From positions 1-64,000 of the forward strand of contig JBIJBE010000003.1 in assembly GCA_044345405.1 (NCBI GenBank): a DNA stretch of 64,000 bases, in the 5' to 3' direction. This DNA is from Bdellovibrionota bacterium (lineage in GTDB: Bacteria; Bdellovibrionota_C; UBA2361; OMII01). A program made the position numbers and the translations under genes. The notes under the pieces are model-generated. The model was not told the DNA's origin and searched no databases. It saw only the letters and a program-made list of their open reading frames with translations. Positions 8,902 to 19,018 of the stretch are shown in pieces (within the stretch, counting starts at the first letter, position 1; the number at the start of each line of letters is the position of its first letter).

Positions 8902-11900
8902 CTACGCCTTCACTAACCCCACCGTGATCTCGCCACCATCTACCTTCACTGAGCGCTCAATAAGCGCCTTCGAAAGTGATGACGTGACCTCAACGCACAG
9001 CGTCTCAGACTTCACATACTCCTCATGCGCCTTCAAAAGACCATCTGCCCCGCGGATAGACAGTTTAATTCGATCCGCGATGTGGAGGTCAGCCTCCTTA
9101 CGCATATCTTGAATCTCTCGCACCAGGTCACGAGCTTGTCCCTCAAGGGCGAGCTCTGGAGTTACGTTGGTATCGAGCGCGACGACGAAGCCGTTGCCTG
9201 ATTCAACCGCGAGTCCTGGCTTACCAGCGAATCCGACCTCAACCTCTCCTGGGTTAAGGGTGATATCGCCGATCTTGATCGTGTTCTCGCCGATTACCTC
9301 AAACTCGCCGTTGCGTACCTTCTGAATCACCTCTTGGACCCGGGCGCCGAGGCGTGGTCCGAGCACACGAGCGTTTACCTTCGCGCTCAGGGTCGCGATA
9401 GAGGATGCGTCGGCCAAGAACTCAATCGTCTTCACGTTAAGCTCTCCGCAGAGAACGGGGATGTACGGCTCAAGTTCAGCAGCGAGGTTCTCCTTCACCG
9501 CGACCTTCGCTGACGCGAGTGGGAGTCGCACCCGAAGCTTCTCGCGAGCCCGAACCGACAGGCCTGCCGACACCATCCCTCGGACGAGGTTTACCTGCTT
9601 CGACAGCTTGTCGTTGATCAATGATTCACGAACCGTTGGCCACTCGGTGAGGTGCACGCTGTCCTTAAAGCCAAGCCGCTCCCACACAAGCTCCGAGATA
9701 AATGGGCAGAGTGGGGCAAGCGTTTGCGATACGGTCTTCAACACATCAAAGAGCGTCGCGTAGAACGCGAGCTTCTCAGGAGAGCGTGGGTCGTCTGACC
9801 ATACACGCTCGCGGCTCCGACGGATGTACCAGTTGTTGAGCGTATCGAGGAACGGCGAGAAGAGCCGCATCGCCTCATTTATTCGATAGGTCTCAAGGTA
9901 GTCGGTCGCGGAGCGCTTGAGAATCTCAGCCTCGGAGAGGATGAAGTGATCGAGCTCGCTCAGCTCCTTCCCTTCAAGTCCGATGTCCTGAGGAGAGATG
10001 TGGTCAACCTCGGTGTAGGAGGTGAAGAACGAGAGCGCGTTCCAGATAGGAAGCATGATCGACTTGACCATGCTCTCGACGCCTTCGTCACGGAACGAGA
10101 GATCCTCGATACCCACCGCCGAAGAAGTGAACAAATAAGCACGAAGAGCATCCGCCCCGTGCTTGTCCATAAGCTCAAACGGATCGGTGTAGTTCTTGAG
10201 ACTCTTCGAGATCTTCTTTCCATCGGCCGCTAAGAGCGTTCCGTGAACCATGCAGTTCTTGAACGCGGGCTTGTCGAAGATAGCGGTCGAGAGTACGTGG
10301 AGGTAGTAGAACCAACATCGGATCTGTCCCGTGTACTCCACGATGAAGTCCGCTGGGAAATGAGAGAGGAAGTACTCAGCGTTCTCGAACGGATAGTGGA
10401 ACTGTCCGTACGGCATTGAGCCCGACTCGAACCAACAATCGAGAACCTCCGGCACGCGCGTGAGCTTCTTGCCGCAGGAGCACGGTACCTCGACGGCGTC
10501 GAGGTGCTCCTTGTGAAGATCGTTGAGCTTCACGCCAGCGTCCTTCTCAAGTTCGGAAACGATTCCGTACACCTTTTGATTGCCGCAATCGCCGCACTCC
10601 CAAACCGGGATAGGGGTCGCCCAGTAACGGTTTCGAGAAAGGTTCCAGTCTCGCGCGTTCTCGAGCCAGTTGCCGAAACGCCCATGCTTCACGGTCGCTG
10701 GATACCAATTGATCTCCTCGTTCGTTTGAATGAGGCGGTCGCGGATCTGTTCGACCTTGAGGTACCACGCGTCGAGCGCCCGGTAGATCAATGGAGTGCG
10801 GCAACGCCAGCAGTGTGGGTAGTTATGCTCGATCGTCTCATCGCGAACGACCTTGCCCTGCTCTTTAAGGAACTTGATGATCGCTGGATTCGCCTCGTGT
10901 ACGTTCTGTCCGACGAAATCACTAACCTCGGCGGTGAAACATCCGTTCGAGTCAACTGGATTCTTAACCTCGATCTGGTATTTGCGGCACGCCCAGTAGT
11001 CGTCCTCGCCGAAGGCTGGAGCCATGTGAACGATCCCGGTTCCATCCTCGGTCGACACGAAATCGGCCGAGATGATACGGAACGCGTTCTTATCGTCCTT
11101 AAAGTATGGAAGGAGTGGCTCGTAGGTAATCGTTTTGTCGACGAGTTCAGCGCCAGTGTGGGTCGCGATAATCGTTGCCTCTTTGCCGAGCTCTCGCTCG
11201 TAGCGCTTGAGCGCGTTCTTCGCGAGGAGTACTCGACCGACGTTCGTGTCGGCGATTACGTACTCGATCTCCTTTCCAACGGCGAGCGCTAGGTTTGATG
11301 GAAGGGTCCACGGCGTCGTCGTCCAGGCGAGCGCTGATACACCCTCCATCCCTTTAAGCGCGAATTTCACGGTGATGGTGCGGTCCTGCTTCGGGCGGGT
11401 GGCGTCATCAACACGGATCTCAGAGAAGGAGAGGGGAGTCTCGCATCGGTAGCAGTACGGCGCTACGCGGTAGTCCTTGTAGATGAGCCCCTTTTTGTGC
11501 GCTTCGCCGAAGGCCCAGATCACGGATTCCATGAAGGAGCGGTCGAGGGTTTTATAGGCGTTGTCCATATCGACCCAGCGACCGATACGGTTGATGTACT
11601 TTTTCCAGGAGTCGTTAAACTCAGAGACGATGCGACGACATTCAGCGTTAAACGCCGCGACGCCCACCGTGCGCTCGATCTCGCCTTTGTCTTTAAGTCC
11701 GAGGTTCTTCTCCGCGATCGTCTCGATCGGCAATCCGTGACAATCCCATCCCCACGTTCGTGGTACATGGTACCCTCGCATCGTTTTGTAGCGTCCGACG
11801 ACATCCTTCAGGATGGAGACGAAGATAGTGCCGTGGTGGGGGCTTCCGGTTGGGAAAGGCGGGCCGTCATACAGGATGAACTCCGGCTTGGTAGCGTTCT

Positions 11901-12015
11901 CGGTGACTGAGCGTTGGAAGGTGTTCTCTCGTTGCCACCGTTCGACGACTCCGTTCTCAAGTGCGGGAAGGTTTGGACGGGACTCAACCTTACGGAAGGT
12001 GTTCTCTTGGCTCAT
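8902..12015 (-). CDS. ileS: Isoleucine--tRNA ligase, type 2 (archaeal/eukaryote-like)
   Basis: 1037 aa. DGPPFPTGSPHHGT, GWDCHGLP, WTTTPWTLPSN, GTGIVHMAP, RDWNLSRNRYW, LDCWFESG, KISKS and a type-2-like C-terminus. Confidence 0.96.
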   Translation of the reverse strand: MSQENTFRKVESRPNLPALENGVVERWQRENTFQRSVTENATKPEFILYDGPPFPTGSPHHGTIFVSILKDVVGRYKTMRGYHVPRTWGWDCHGLPIETIAEKNLGLKDKGEIERTVGVAAFNAECRRIVSEFNDSWKKYINRIGRWVDMDNAYKTLDRSFMESVIWAFGEAHKKGLIYKDYRVAPYCYRCETPLSFSEIRVDDATRPKQDRTITVKFALKGMEGVSALAWTTTPWTLPSNLALAVGKEIEYVIADTNVGRVLLAKNALKRYERELGKEATIIATHTGAELVDKTITYEPLLPYFKDDKNAFRIISADFVSTEDGTGIVHMAPAFGEDDYWACRKYQIEVKNPVDSNGCFTAEVSDFVGQNVHEANPAIIKFLKEQGKVVRDETIEHNYPHCWRCRTPLIYRALDAWYLKVEQIRDRLIQTNEEINWYPATVKHGRFGNWLENARDWNLSRNRYWATPIPVWECGDCGNQKVYGIVSELEKDAGVKLNDLHKEHLDAVEVPCSCGKKLTRVPEVLDCWFESGSMPYGQFHYPFENAEYFLSHFPADFIVEYTGQIRCWFYYLHVLSTAIFDKPAFKNCMVHGTLLAADGKKISKSLKNYTDPFELMDKHGADALRAYLFTSSAVGIEDLSFRDEGVESMVKSIMLPIWNALSFFTSYTEVDHISPQDIGLEGKELSELDHFILSEAEILKRSATDYLETYRINEAMRLFSPFLDTLNNWYIRRSRERVWSDDPRSPEKLAFYATLFDVLKTVSQTLAPLCPFISELVWERLGFKDSVHLTEWPTVRESLINDKLSKQVNLVRGMVSAGLSVRAREKLRVRLPLASAKVAVKENLAAELEPYIPVLCGELNVKTIEFLADASSIATLSAKVNARVLGPRLGARVQEVIQKVRNGEFEVIGENTIKIGDITLNPGEVEVGFAGKPGLAVESGNGFVVALDTNVTPELALEGQARDLVREIQDMRKEADLHIADRIKLSIRGADGLLKAHEEYVKSETLCVEVTSSLSKALIERSVKVDGGEITVGLVKA

Positions 12016-12163
12016 GTAGGTCCTGTGCCGATAGCCGGCTCATAGAGGGTTTTTAGCCCTTCTATAGTGCCGAATTATGGTGGGGGAGTAAACCCGCCGA
12101 ACTGACCGGAAGGGCAGCTAAGGTGCTGTCTTCGTTGGCCTGTTCTAGAGGATTCAGAGGTCC

Positions 12164-12631
12164 CTACTTATTGAGTCGCCGCAGCGCGATCTTCACCGAA
12201 TGGGGCGCTGGATTCACGAGCTGATCTCCGATGACCACCTGTGGAAGTGCGCTGGAGCCTGATACCCTCTCAGCTTGGACGCGCAACGCCGCCGCGGCTT
12301 GGTTGGCGTCGATGTTTTGCTCCTCGAAGGGGATACCAAGATCCTTGAGGGTGCCGGTCAGGGTTGAGCACGACGGGCAGGTCGACGCCACGAGGATGAT
12401 CGGTTTGGCGTACGAAAACTGCATCCCGTTTTGGTCGTAGAACTGCTGCGCCTCTTGAGCGGACCGAAAGAGGGGCACTGAGCTTTTTCGCGGTGAAAAG
12501 CTCATCATTCCGATGCCCAGCACTACGAGCACCAGGGGCAGGGTGCTGACCGATATCTCCATGATTGTGTCGAAGATGTGCGCGCGTCGCGCGCGTTTGG
12601 CCTTGGGTTCCTCGGTGTGCATCGCTGTCAC
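12164..12631 (-). CDS. Membrane-anchored glutaredoxin-like protein
   Basis: TM segment, CPSC motif, GIPFEEQNID and LPQVVIGD (cis-Pro motif). GTG start follows AGGAG. Confidence 0.75.
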   Translation of the reverse strand: MTAMHTEEPKAKRARRAHIFDTIMEISVSTLPLVLVVLGIGMMSFSPRKSSVPLFRSAQEAQQFYDQNGMQFSYAKPIILVASTCPSCSTLTGTLKDLGIPFEEQNIDANQAAAALRVQAERVSGSSALPQVVIGDQLVNPAPHSVKIALRRLNK

Positions 12632-12821
12632 TGTAGCTCCTGAGGGGGTCTCTTTCCCCGCGTATATTTAGACACCGTGGAGGTCGGTATCGTTGCGGGA
12701 TCGCTTGATGATTTGGTGCTTCTTTAGGTTTGGAATTGGGGGTTTGGGAGGGTAGTGGCCGGGGTGGCGCGGTAACCACCTGAAATGGCGCAGGCGCTTA
12801 CTATGGAGCGGCTAGCACACA

Positions 12822-12945
12822 GGGAGGGCGACCGTCCCCGGTCGCCGAAATGTTTACGTGTCGTACACTACATTCGACCTATGCGAACACGGCGGTCGAG
12901 GACCCCACTTCGCTACGCTACGAGGGACATGCTGACCGCCCTCCC
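12822..12945. repeat. Inverted REP-like pair; the right copy carries a 29-nt hairpin insert
   Basis: gggagggcgaccgtccccggtcgccg (12822-12847) and cggcggtcgagga[ccccacttcgctacgctacgagggacatg]ctgaccgccctccc (12890-12945). Confidence 0.85.
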
Positions 12946-12972
12946 ATGCCATGGGTCGGAGGCTGATATTCC

Positions 12973-13965
12973 CTACGCCGCAATCGAAGAGTGACACTCC
13001 TTATTCTCACGGAAGCTCATACCGAGCCGCTTCATGAGCTTGTTGTCGTGGTCCTCTCCTGGATTTGGAGTTGTGAGAAGCTTCTCTCCGGCGAAGATGG
13101 AGTTCGCTCCAGCGACGAAGCAGAGCGCCTGCATCTCATCGGACATCTCGGTCCGTCCCGCTGAGAGACGAACCATCGAGTGCGGCATCATGATACGAGC
13201 TGTCGCGACGAGGCGCACGAACTCGAGGGGATCAACCTTTCCGCCTTCGGCGAGAGGTGTGCCCTCCACGCGAACAAGCATATTGAGTGGTACGCTCTCA
13301 GGGTGAACCTCTTGGTTAGCGAGTTGGACGAGGAGACCGAGGCGGTCATCAGCCTTCTCTCCCATGCCGACGATTCCGCCACAGCATACGGTCATGCCCG
13401 CTTTTCGCACGTTGTTGAGGGTCTTAAGGCGATCCTCGTAGGTACGGGTTGAGATGATCTCGCCGTAGTACTCAGGGGAGGTGTCGAGGTTGTGGTTGTA
13501 CGCGTAGCATCCGGCCTCACGAAGTCGTTCTGCTTGTGACTCGGTGAGCATACCAAGGGTACAGCACACCTCCATGTCGAGGCTCTTAACTTCTCGAACA
13601 AGATCGAGGATGGCATCGAAATCTTTGCCGTCCTTTACCTCTCTCCACGCCGCGCCCATGCAGAAACGGGTGGATCCTTGCTCCTTCGCTTGCAGTGCTT
13701 TAGAGCGGACAACTTCAGGGGGAAGAACGGCGTGACGCTCAACGCCCGTCTTGTAGTGAGCGGATTGTGGGCAGTAGGCGCAATCCTCTGGGCATCCACC
13801 GGTCTTTACGGAGAGGAGGGTCGACCGTTGAACTTCACGGGGATTGAAGGTCGCGCGGTGAGTGGTTTGCGCTTGATGAAGAAGGTCGGGGAACGGTTGT
13901 GAGTAAATGGAGGAAGCTTCCTCTCGTGTCCAGTTGTGACGGATGGCAATTGTTTCGTTGGTCAT
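12973..13965 (-). CDS. bioB: Biotin synthase
   Basis: Radical SAM motif [49 protein letters not shown] 13965 follows AAGGA (alternative start 13971). Confidence 0.97.
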   Translation of the reverse strand: MTNETIAIRHNWTREEASSIYSQPFPDLLHQAQTTHRATFNPREVQRSTLLSVKTGGCPEDCAYCPQSAHYKTGVERHAVLPPEVVRSKALQAKEQGSTRFCMGAAWREVKDGKDFDAILDLVREVKSLDMEVCCTLGMLTESQAERLREAGCYAYNHNLDTSPEYYGEIISTRTYEDRLKTLNNVRKAGMTVCCGGIVGMGEKADDRLGLLVQLANQEVHPESVPLNMLVRVEGTPLAEGGKVDPLEFVRLVATARIMMPHSMVRLSAGRTEMSDEMQALCFVAGANSIFAGEKLLTTPNPGEDHDNKLMKRLGMSFRENKECHSSIAA

Positions 13966-14147
13966 ACGCATTCCTTTACAAACGTGAAAGGTTACATAGC
14001 TGATTTTCGCGGGAGGGGATAGGGCAGGCAGAACGCGAATTTAAATTATTGAAGCATGTTGGGCCCTTACGATCGGGCTAGGGTGTCGTGGGTAGGCGTC
14101 ACGACCTCTCTAGGCGGAAGAGGGTCTATCTTTTACACTTCGCCCCT

Positions 14148-14753
14148 ATGTCACACATCGATTGGATTCTCTTTGATCTCGGCGGTGTCCTCTTAGAGGT
14201 TAACCAGTCGCGAGTTTTTAGCCGTCTTGAAACCCTCACGGATATCCCCGCCTCCGTGATAGGGGAGCGTCTTACCTCGGCGCCATTCTTTCGTGAGCAG
14301 TTTATCGTTCGTGAGTTCTCACCTCTCGAGATAGCGGAGCGTGTGAATACGATCTTGGGCGTTCGACTTCCGACAAACGATATCGTAGAGGCGATCAACG
14401 CCGAGCTCGGCGCTGAGATCTCCTCGACCGCGAGCCTTTTGCCAAATCTTAGGCGGCGAACGAAGATCGGATGTCTCTCCAATACAAACTCGATTCATTG
14501 GGACCAGCTCCTTCAAAGCTATCCCTTCATGCAAAACTTTGATCGGCGTTTCGCTTCGCAGATCCTCGGCTTCGCCAAGCCGGGGAGGGAGATCTATGAG
14601 AAAGCCGCTGAATATCTCAACGCGCAACCTCGGCAGATCCTCTTCTTCGATGACAAGATGGAGAACGTCGAGACCGCACGACGACTTGGATGGAACGCGC
14701 ACCAGTACGTGGGGCACGAGCAGCTCCTCGCTGAACTCGCGCGGTTCACGTGA
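14148..14753 (+). CDS. HAD-superfamily phosphatase (YihX-like)
   Basis: FDLGGVL, LSNTN, KP and FFDD..ENV..A...G motifs. Confidence 0.88.
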   Translation: MSHIDWILFDLGGVLLEVNQSRVFSRLETLTDIPASVIGERLTSAPFFREQFIVREFSPLEIAERVNTILGVRLPTNDIVEAINAELGAEISSTASLLPNLRRRTKIGCLSNTNSIHWDQLLQSYPFMQNFDRRFASQILGFAKPGREIYEKAAEYLNAQPRQILFFDDKMENVETARRLGWNAHQYVGHEQLLAELARFT

Positions 14754-14759
14754 TCCCTG

Positions 14760-15821
14760 CTAGTACTGTAACTTGAAACAGGTAAGCCCACCTGGATTGA
14801 CGCCGCTATTGTACTGACACGCGTTAATCACGGACCACGTTGTTCCGTTCCACTTGACGATGGTGTTGTTGGCGCACGACGCGAACTGGAGCGCCTGCAC
14901 TGTTGTGACACCATCAAATCCATTCAACCTACACATCTTCATGGCGGTCTCGGGATCGGCCGCCAGTCGAACGCCGGGACCCATCTGGACGGGAAGGTTC
15001 GTAAACTGAGCGATTCCGTAGGTAATCTTCGAACCGAAAGGGCAGGATGCTCCCGCGGTCGGAACGAAATTGTTCACGTTGTCAGTAAAAGGACCATCAA
15101 TGACCCCCTGAGCGCACGACGCGATCTTCACCTGGTTCGCCGCTGTAACTCCGGACGAGTCTCCGACCATAGCGCGCAGCGTTGGAAATTTACGGGTGCC
15201 GGACGGGGGCGCAAGCCAAACGTGAGCTTCAATTGTTCCCTCTCTTCGGTAGAAGCTCGACCCCTGTAACGATTGATCGGACTTCACATCGCTATCAAAG
15301 ATAACCGGCGAGTTCTCGAGGAACGGCGTAGTGTCTGTCGCGGTCGCCTCTCGCACCACGATGCGGTGCTGCCACTTAGCGTCAGAGCCGAGGCGAATGT
15401 ACCCTCGAGCCGCGAGACGCTTTGTGCCCTGGGTGAATCGGAGGGCGTCGAAGGCGTAGGTGATGTGGAAATGCGGCATCGATTGAGTCGCGATCACGGC
15501 GTCTCCGACCACCTGTTGGATCTGCGATGTGGGCACCGCGGGTCCGGCTGGGCCTCTGGCTCCAGCTGCTCCACGCTCGCCTTGCGCACCCCGTTCCCCA
15601 CGCTCACCTCGATCGCCTTTTGGTCCCTTCGCTCCCGAGGTCACTTGTCCTGTTGAGGCGACTTTCTTCTCTAACACACTTACCCGTTTTGAGATTGCGT
15701 TCAGCTTGCTTCCAAGCTCTTTCGTGCTCTGCGCCGCCGCTTCATTCATGAACTCCGCCGTGAGTACGCTCGCGGTGGCTAGGATAGAGCATGCGAAAAT
15801 AGATGTAGCGCGTGAGAACAT
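14760..15821 (-). CDS. Secreted collagen-like protein
   Basis: Signal peptide, short coiled coil, 11 consecutive Gly-X-Y triplets (GAK...GPA) and a Cys-rich C-terminal domain. GGAGG SD present. Confidence 0.8.
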   Translation of the reverse strand: MFSRATSIFACSILATASVLTAEFMNEAAAQSTKELGSKLNAISKRVSVLEKKVASTGQVTSGAKGPKGDRGERGERGAQGERGAAGARGPAGPAVPTSQIQQVVGDAVIATQSMPHFHITYAFDALRFTQGTKRLAARGYIRLGSDAKWQHRIVVREATATDTTPFLENSPVIFDSDVKSDQSLQGSSFYRREGTIEAHVWLAPPSGTRKFPTLRAMVGDSSGVTAANQVKIASCAQGVIDGPFTDNVNNFVPTAGASCPFGSKITYGIAQFTNLPVQMGPGVRLAADPETAMKMCRLNGFDGVTTVQALQFASCANNTIVKWNGTTWSVINACQYNSGVNPGGLTCFKLQY

Positions 15822-16018
15822 TTGGATCGCCTCCCTAGAGATGAATGGGCCTACGTGGCAACAACGCCACTATCCCCCCGAAGGTTGAGCGGATGTTTTG
15901 TTCTAACGCATAAGGTTTGGACGCTCATTTGTAAGAGCCGGTGTGGGCGCGACGTCGTCCCGTGACACGGGGACTCAGGCACTTAAGGAACTGGTCCGTG
16001 TGAGACCGCGCGGGAATA

Positions 16019-17014
16019 CTACGCCTCGCCTCGCTTGCGTAGCTGAGCGAACGCTTCCGCGAAGTAGGTGATAATGATATCGGCTCCGGCGCGTTTGATG
16101 CTGGTCAATGACTCAAGCATGACCCGCCTCTCATCGAGCCATCCCATCTTCGCGGCCGCTTTCACCATGGCGTATTCACCACTCACGTTGTACGCGGCGG
16201 TTGGCATTTGGAAGGTTTCTTTCACTGCCTTGATGACATCAAGAAAGGCGAGAGCTGGTTTTACCATGACTATATCCGCTCCCTCTTGCACGTCGAGCTC
16301 AACCTCTCGGATCGCCTCACGGATGTTTCCAGGATCCATTTGATAGGTCTTTCGATCCCCATATTCAGGGGCTGACTGTACGGCGTCACGGAACGGTCCG
16401 TAGAACGAGGACGCGAATTTAGCCGCGTAGCTCATCAACGGCACCTCGGAGAAGTTGTTCTCATCGAGACCGTGACGTAAGAAGCCGATTGTGCCGTCTA
16501 ACATCCCACTTGGGGCGATGATGTCCGCGCCCGCTTCCGCGTGCACAAGCGCTTGCTTTAAGAGGTTAGGGAGCGTTTCGTCGTTACACAGTTTGCCATC
16601 GTGCATGACGCCGCAGTGGCCGTGATTGGTGTACTCACAGAAGCAGAGGTCGGTCACGACCATCATGTCCGGAACCGCTCTCTTGATGGATTTAATCGCC
16701 TTGGGAATGATCCCCTGGGGATGCCACGCCGAGGAGCCTACCTCGTCTTTAAATTCGGGGATCGCGAAGAGAAGAACTGAGCGAATACCGAGCTCATAGA
16801 ATTGAATCGCCTTTTCAGTGGCGGTGTCGACACTCAGATTGTATTGCCCTGGCATCGATGAGATCTCGCGCTGAACTTTTTCGCCCGGGACCACAAAGAG
16901 AGGGGCGATCATGTCCGAAACCTCGAGGCGGGTTTCACGGACCATCTCTCGGAGTGCTGGAGTGCTGCGAAGTCGTCTAAGGCGAGTTTGCGGATACATA
17001 GCAAGAATCTTCAA
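16019..17014 (-). CDS. hemB: Porphobilinogen synthase (delta-aminolevulinate dehydratase)
   Basis: RLRRLR, DLCFCEYTNHGHCG, SYAAKFASSFYGPFRDA, MVKPA, AYNVSGEY. Confidence 0.97.
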   Translation of the reverse strand: MKILAMYPQTRLRRLRSTPALREMVRETRLEVSDMIAPLFVVPGEKVQREISSMPGQYNLSVDTATEKAIQFYELGIRSVLLFAIPEFKDEVGSSAWHPQGIIPKAIKSIKRAVPDMMVVTDLCFCEYTNHGHCGVMHDGKLCNDETLPNLLKQALVHAEAGADIIAPSGMLDGTIGFLRHGLDENNFSEVPLMSYAAKFASSFYGPFRDAVQSAPEYGDRKTYQMDPGNIREAIREVELDVQEGADIVMVKPALAFLDVIKAVKETFQMPTAAYNVSGEYAMVKAAAKMGWLDERRVMLESLTSIKRAGADIIITYFAEAFAQLRKRGEA

Positions 17015-17186
17015 GGGGTTATAGAAACTAGCCTACGAGATGGGGGGCGGGAAGTAAAGGGCCGGGTCCTGTGCGAATCTGTTCGGCTTAGGCGGTGGGG
17101 CTCTTTTCTCTTTGCTCCTCCACCAGTTGTGGCACTCTGCGTCGGTCATTTTAGCCGCCGTTTTTGTTCAAAAAGTAGTTCGTCCC

Positions 17187-17215
17187 ACGCAACTTTTCCC
17201 CTCAAGGAGCGATGA
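17187..17215 (+). promoter_or_regulatory. Candidate sigma-28-type promoter upstream of the FliA-like gene
   Basis: GCAA-N15-AGCGATGA. ACGCAAC and CGAT have the same spacing as at 19877-19905. Confidence 0.4.
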
Positions 17216-17279
17216 GAGGCCTGACAGTGAAACTCCGACGCGTGAGGTCGGTGATTCATCAGGCAGGGAGATTGAACGC

Positions 17280-18041
17280 ATGTACGAGGAGCAGGTCGAG
17301 CCCCCTTTCCATCGAGGGGCTCGTGGAGAGAGCATGGGAGCCGTTCTCAATCATCATTTCGAGCGTGACGCGCTCATTGAGGAGTACCATGAATTCGTCG
17401 AAGGATTGGTGTGTCGCCTCATGAGAGCGATGGGTCTTCCCCAACGACATCGTGATGACTTCGTTTCCGCCGGGCTCCTTGGGTTAGTCGAGGCCGCCGG
17501 TCGTTTCGATCCGGGGCGGGGAAGTGAGTTTCGCTCCTTCGTGTTTTTACGGATACGAGGCGCCGTTATCGATCATATTCGGGCCTCGTGTGAGCTATCG
17601 GGTCACGCGTATCAGGTTCTTAAGGCCTTGGAGAGCGCGCAGGAGATTCGAGCGCAGGCGTTGGAGGCGCGACGATCGGGAGGTCATCCGCCCAGAACGC
17701 AAGCGATGGAGGGGGTAGATGTCCTCAGTAAGAGCGCGGTCGCGTTGGCGCTCGTCACTCAGTCGGTCGACGCTCCTTTTTTTGGTGGAACCGCTCCCTC
17801 GGATCCGGAGCGAGAACTTCATAAGAAACAAACCTCAGAAAAAATTCGCGCCGCGATAGCAACTTTGCCCGAAAAGGAGCGAATCATCATCGAGCAGTAC
17901 TACTTCCACGACCTCACGCTGAGCGAGGTCGCTCAGCAGTACGCGGGACTTTCAAAATCCTGGGTGTCGAGGTTGCATGACAGAGCGTTGGGGATGTTAC
18001 GGGAAAAGTTGGTTGAGGGAGGGATTGGGGTTAAAGCCTAA
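17280..18041 (+). CDS. fliA: FliA/WhiG-family (sigma-28) RNA polymerase sigma factor (alternative start 17334)
   Basis: Region 2 DDFVSAGLLGLVEAAGRFDP..F..RIRGAVID. Region 4 LPEKERIIIEQYYFHDLTLSEVA..LSKSWVSRLH. Confidence 0.85.
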   Translation: MYEEQVEPPFHRGARGESMGAVLNHHFERDALIEEYHEFVEGLVCRLMRAMGLPQRHRDDFVSAGLLGLVEAAGRFDPGRGSEFRSFVFLRIRGAVIDHIRASCELSGHAYQVLKALESAQEIRAQALEARRSGGHPPRTQAMEGVDVLSKSAVALALVTQSVDAPFFGGTAPSDPERELHKKQTSEKIRAAIATLPEKERIIIEQYYFHDLTLSEVAQQYAGLSKSWVSRLHDRALGMLREKLVEGGIGVKA

Positions 18042-18816
18042 CTCTTGTTCGGCCGCCATGATCGTTTTGTTGGTGGTCCTTCTTGCTGGATGCCAAGAGC
18101 AGATAGTTCACGATCTCTCGGAGCGAGAGGCGAATACCGTCATCAGTCAACTTAGTGCGGCTCACCTGGATGCCCGAAAGGTTCAACAGCCGGATGGTCG
18201 GTGGGCTATTTCGGTGGATCAGGATGAGATGATTGAAGCGCTCTCCTACATCGAGACCCGTAGGGTGTTACCACCTCGCGAGCCGAGGTCTCCGTCGAGT
18301 AAGGGTGGAATGATTCCGAGCCGCGAGGAGCAGTGGTTTCGGTACGAACGCTCGGTGGCGGCCTCAATTGAGGAGAGCTTGTCCGCGCTTCCCGGTGTTC
18401 TCGACGCGCGTGTTCACGTGAACCTGCCCGACGATGATCCTTTGTTTGGCGATTCCGCCCGAAAGGGGGGATCGGGATCGGTGCTCTTAGTGGTTGATCG
18501 TCGATTCGTGACCGGGCGTGATGAGGTCGCGGCTCTCGTCAGTGGAGCCGCTGGACTCTCTCGTGATGTTGTTCGGGTACTCACGAGTGAAGCAGTTGAG
18601 CCGCATCCGCCCGAAGGGGATGGAGCTCCTGTCGCGATAGCATCGGCTGCTCCACAACCGTTGGAGCCTCAGGTGCCGTGGTTCTTCCTGTCTTGGATGG
18701 TTGGCGCGAGCGCTCTCGTCGTCGGTGTCGTCGTGTATGGTGTTCGGTCTCTCACGAGGCGTCCTAAACGGCGGGTGACCTTTGCACTTCCTAAGGAGTT
18801 AGATTTTGAGGGATAG
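18025..18816 (+). CDS. sctJ: Type III secretion inner-ring lipoprotein SctJ (YscJ/PrgK family); start 18025 or 18058
   Basis: Lipobox LAGC, LSEREAN, MIPSREEQ, LSALPGVLDARVHVNLP, LVSGAAGL and a single C-terminal TM. About 260 aa, too short for FliF. Confidence 0.88.
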   Translation: MGLKPNSCSAAMIVLLVVLLAGCQEQIVHDLSEREANTVISQLSAAHLDARKVQQPDGRWAISVDQDEMIEALSYIETRRVLPPREPRSPSSKGGMIPSREEQWFRYERSVAASIEESLSALPGVLDARVHVNLPDDDPLFGDSARKGGSGSVLLVVDRRFVTGRDEVAALVSGAAGLSRDVVRVLTSEAVEPHPPEGDGAPVAIASAAPQPLEPQVPWFFLSWMVGASALVVGVVVYGVRSLTRRPKRRVTFALPKELDFEG

Positions 18817-19018
18817 CGCTATGTCGGAACACGAACTCTCACGGATCGCGATGACCTGTTTTGTGGAAGGTATCGACCCATCGAGGTTGGCGCTTTCCCC
18901 TGGGCATCTCGCGCGGGTTGAGGCGCTGCTCGTGGAGTTTGGGGCTGAATCGGATACCGATGGGTATTACCGATGTCTTGCAACGTTGTCATCGGAATCG
19001 CCGGAGGAGGTTTCATGA
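18806..19018 (+). CDS. Small hypothetical protein in the T3SS-like operon (position of SctK)
   Basis: TTG follows AAGGAG and overlaps the sctJ stop. Its TGA overlaps the next ATG (ATGA), suggesting translational coupling. Confidence 0.55.
   Translation: MRDSAMSEHELSRIAMTCFVEGIDPSRLALSPGHLARVEALLVEFGAESDTDGYYRCLATLSSESPEEVS

Noticed and set aside
10504-11292. 262-aa antisense ORF inside ileS, and similar shadows such as 54787-55626, 50763-51458 and 48424-49035
   Set aside because: They lie fully opposite well-supported genes, have no motifs, and are expected from GC-rich codon bias.
12016-12163. T-box leader upstream of ileS
   Set aside because: No T-box consensus or terminator/antiterminator pair; only a small hairpin.
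13966-14040. BirA operator upstream of bioB
   Set aside because: TGTAAC/TTTACA-like half-sites are present but not in a convincing palindrome with the expected spacing.
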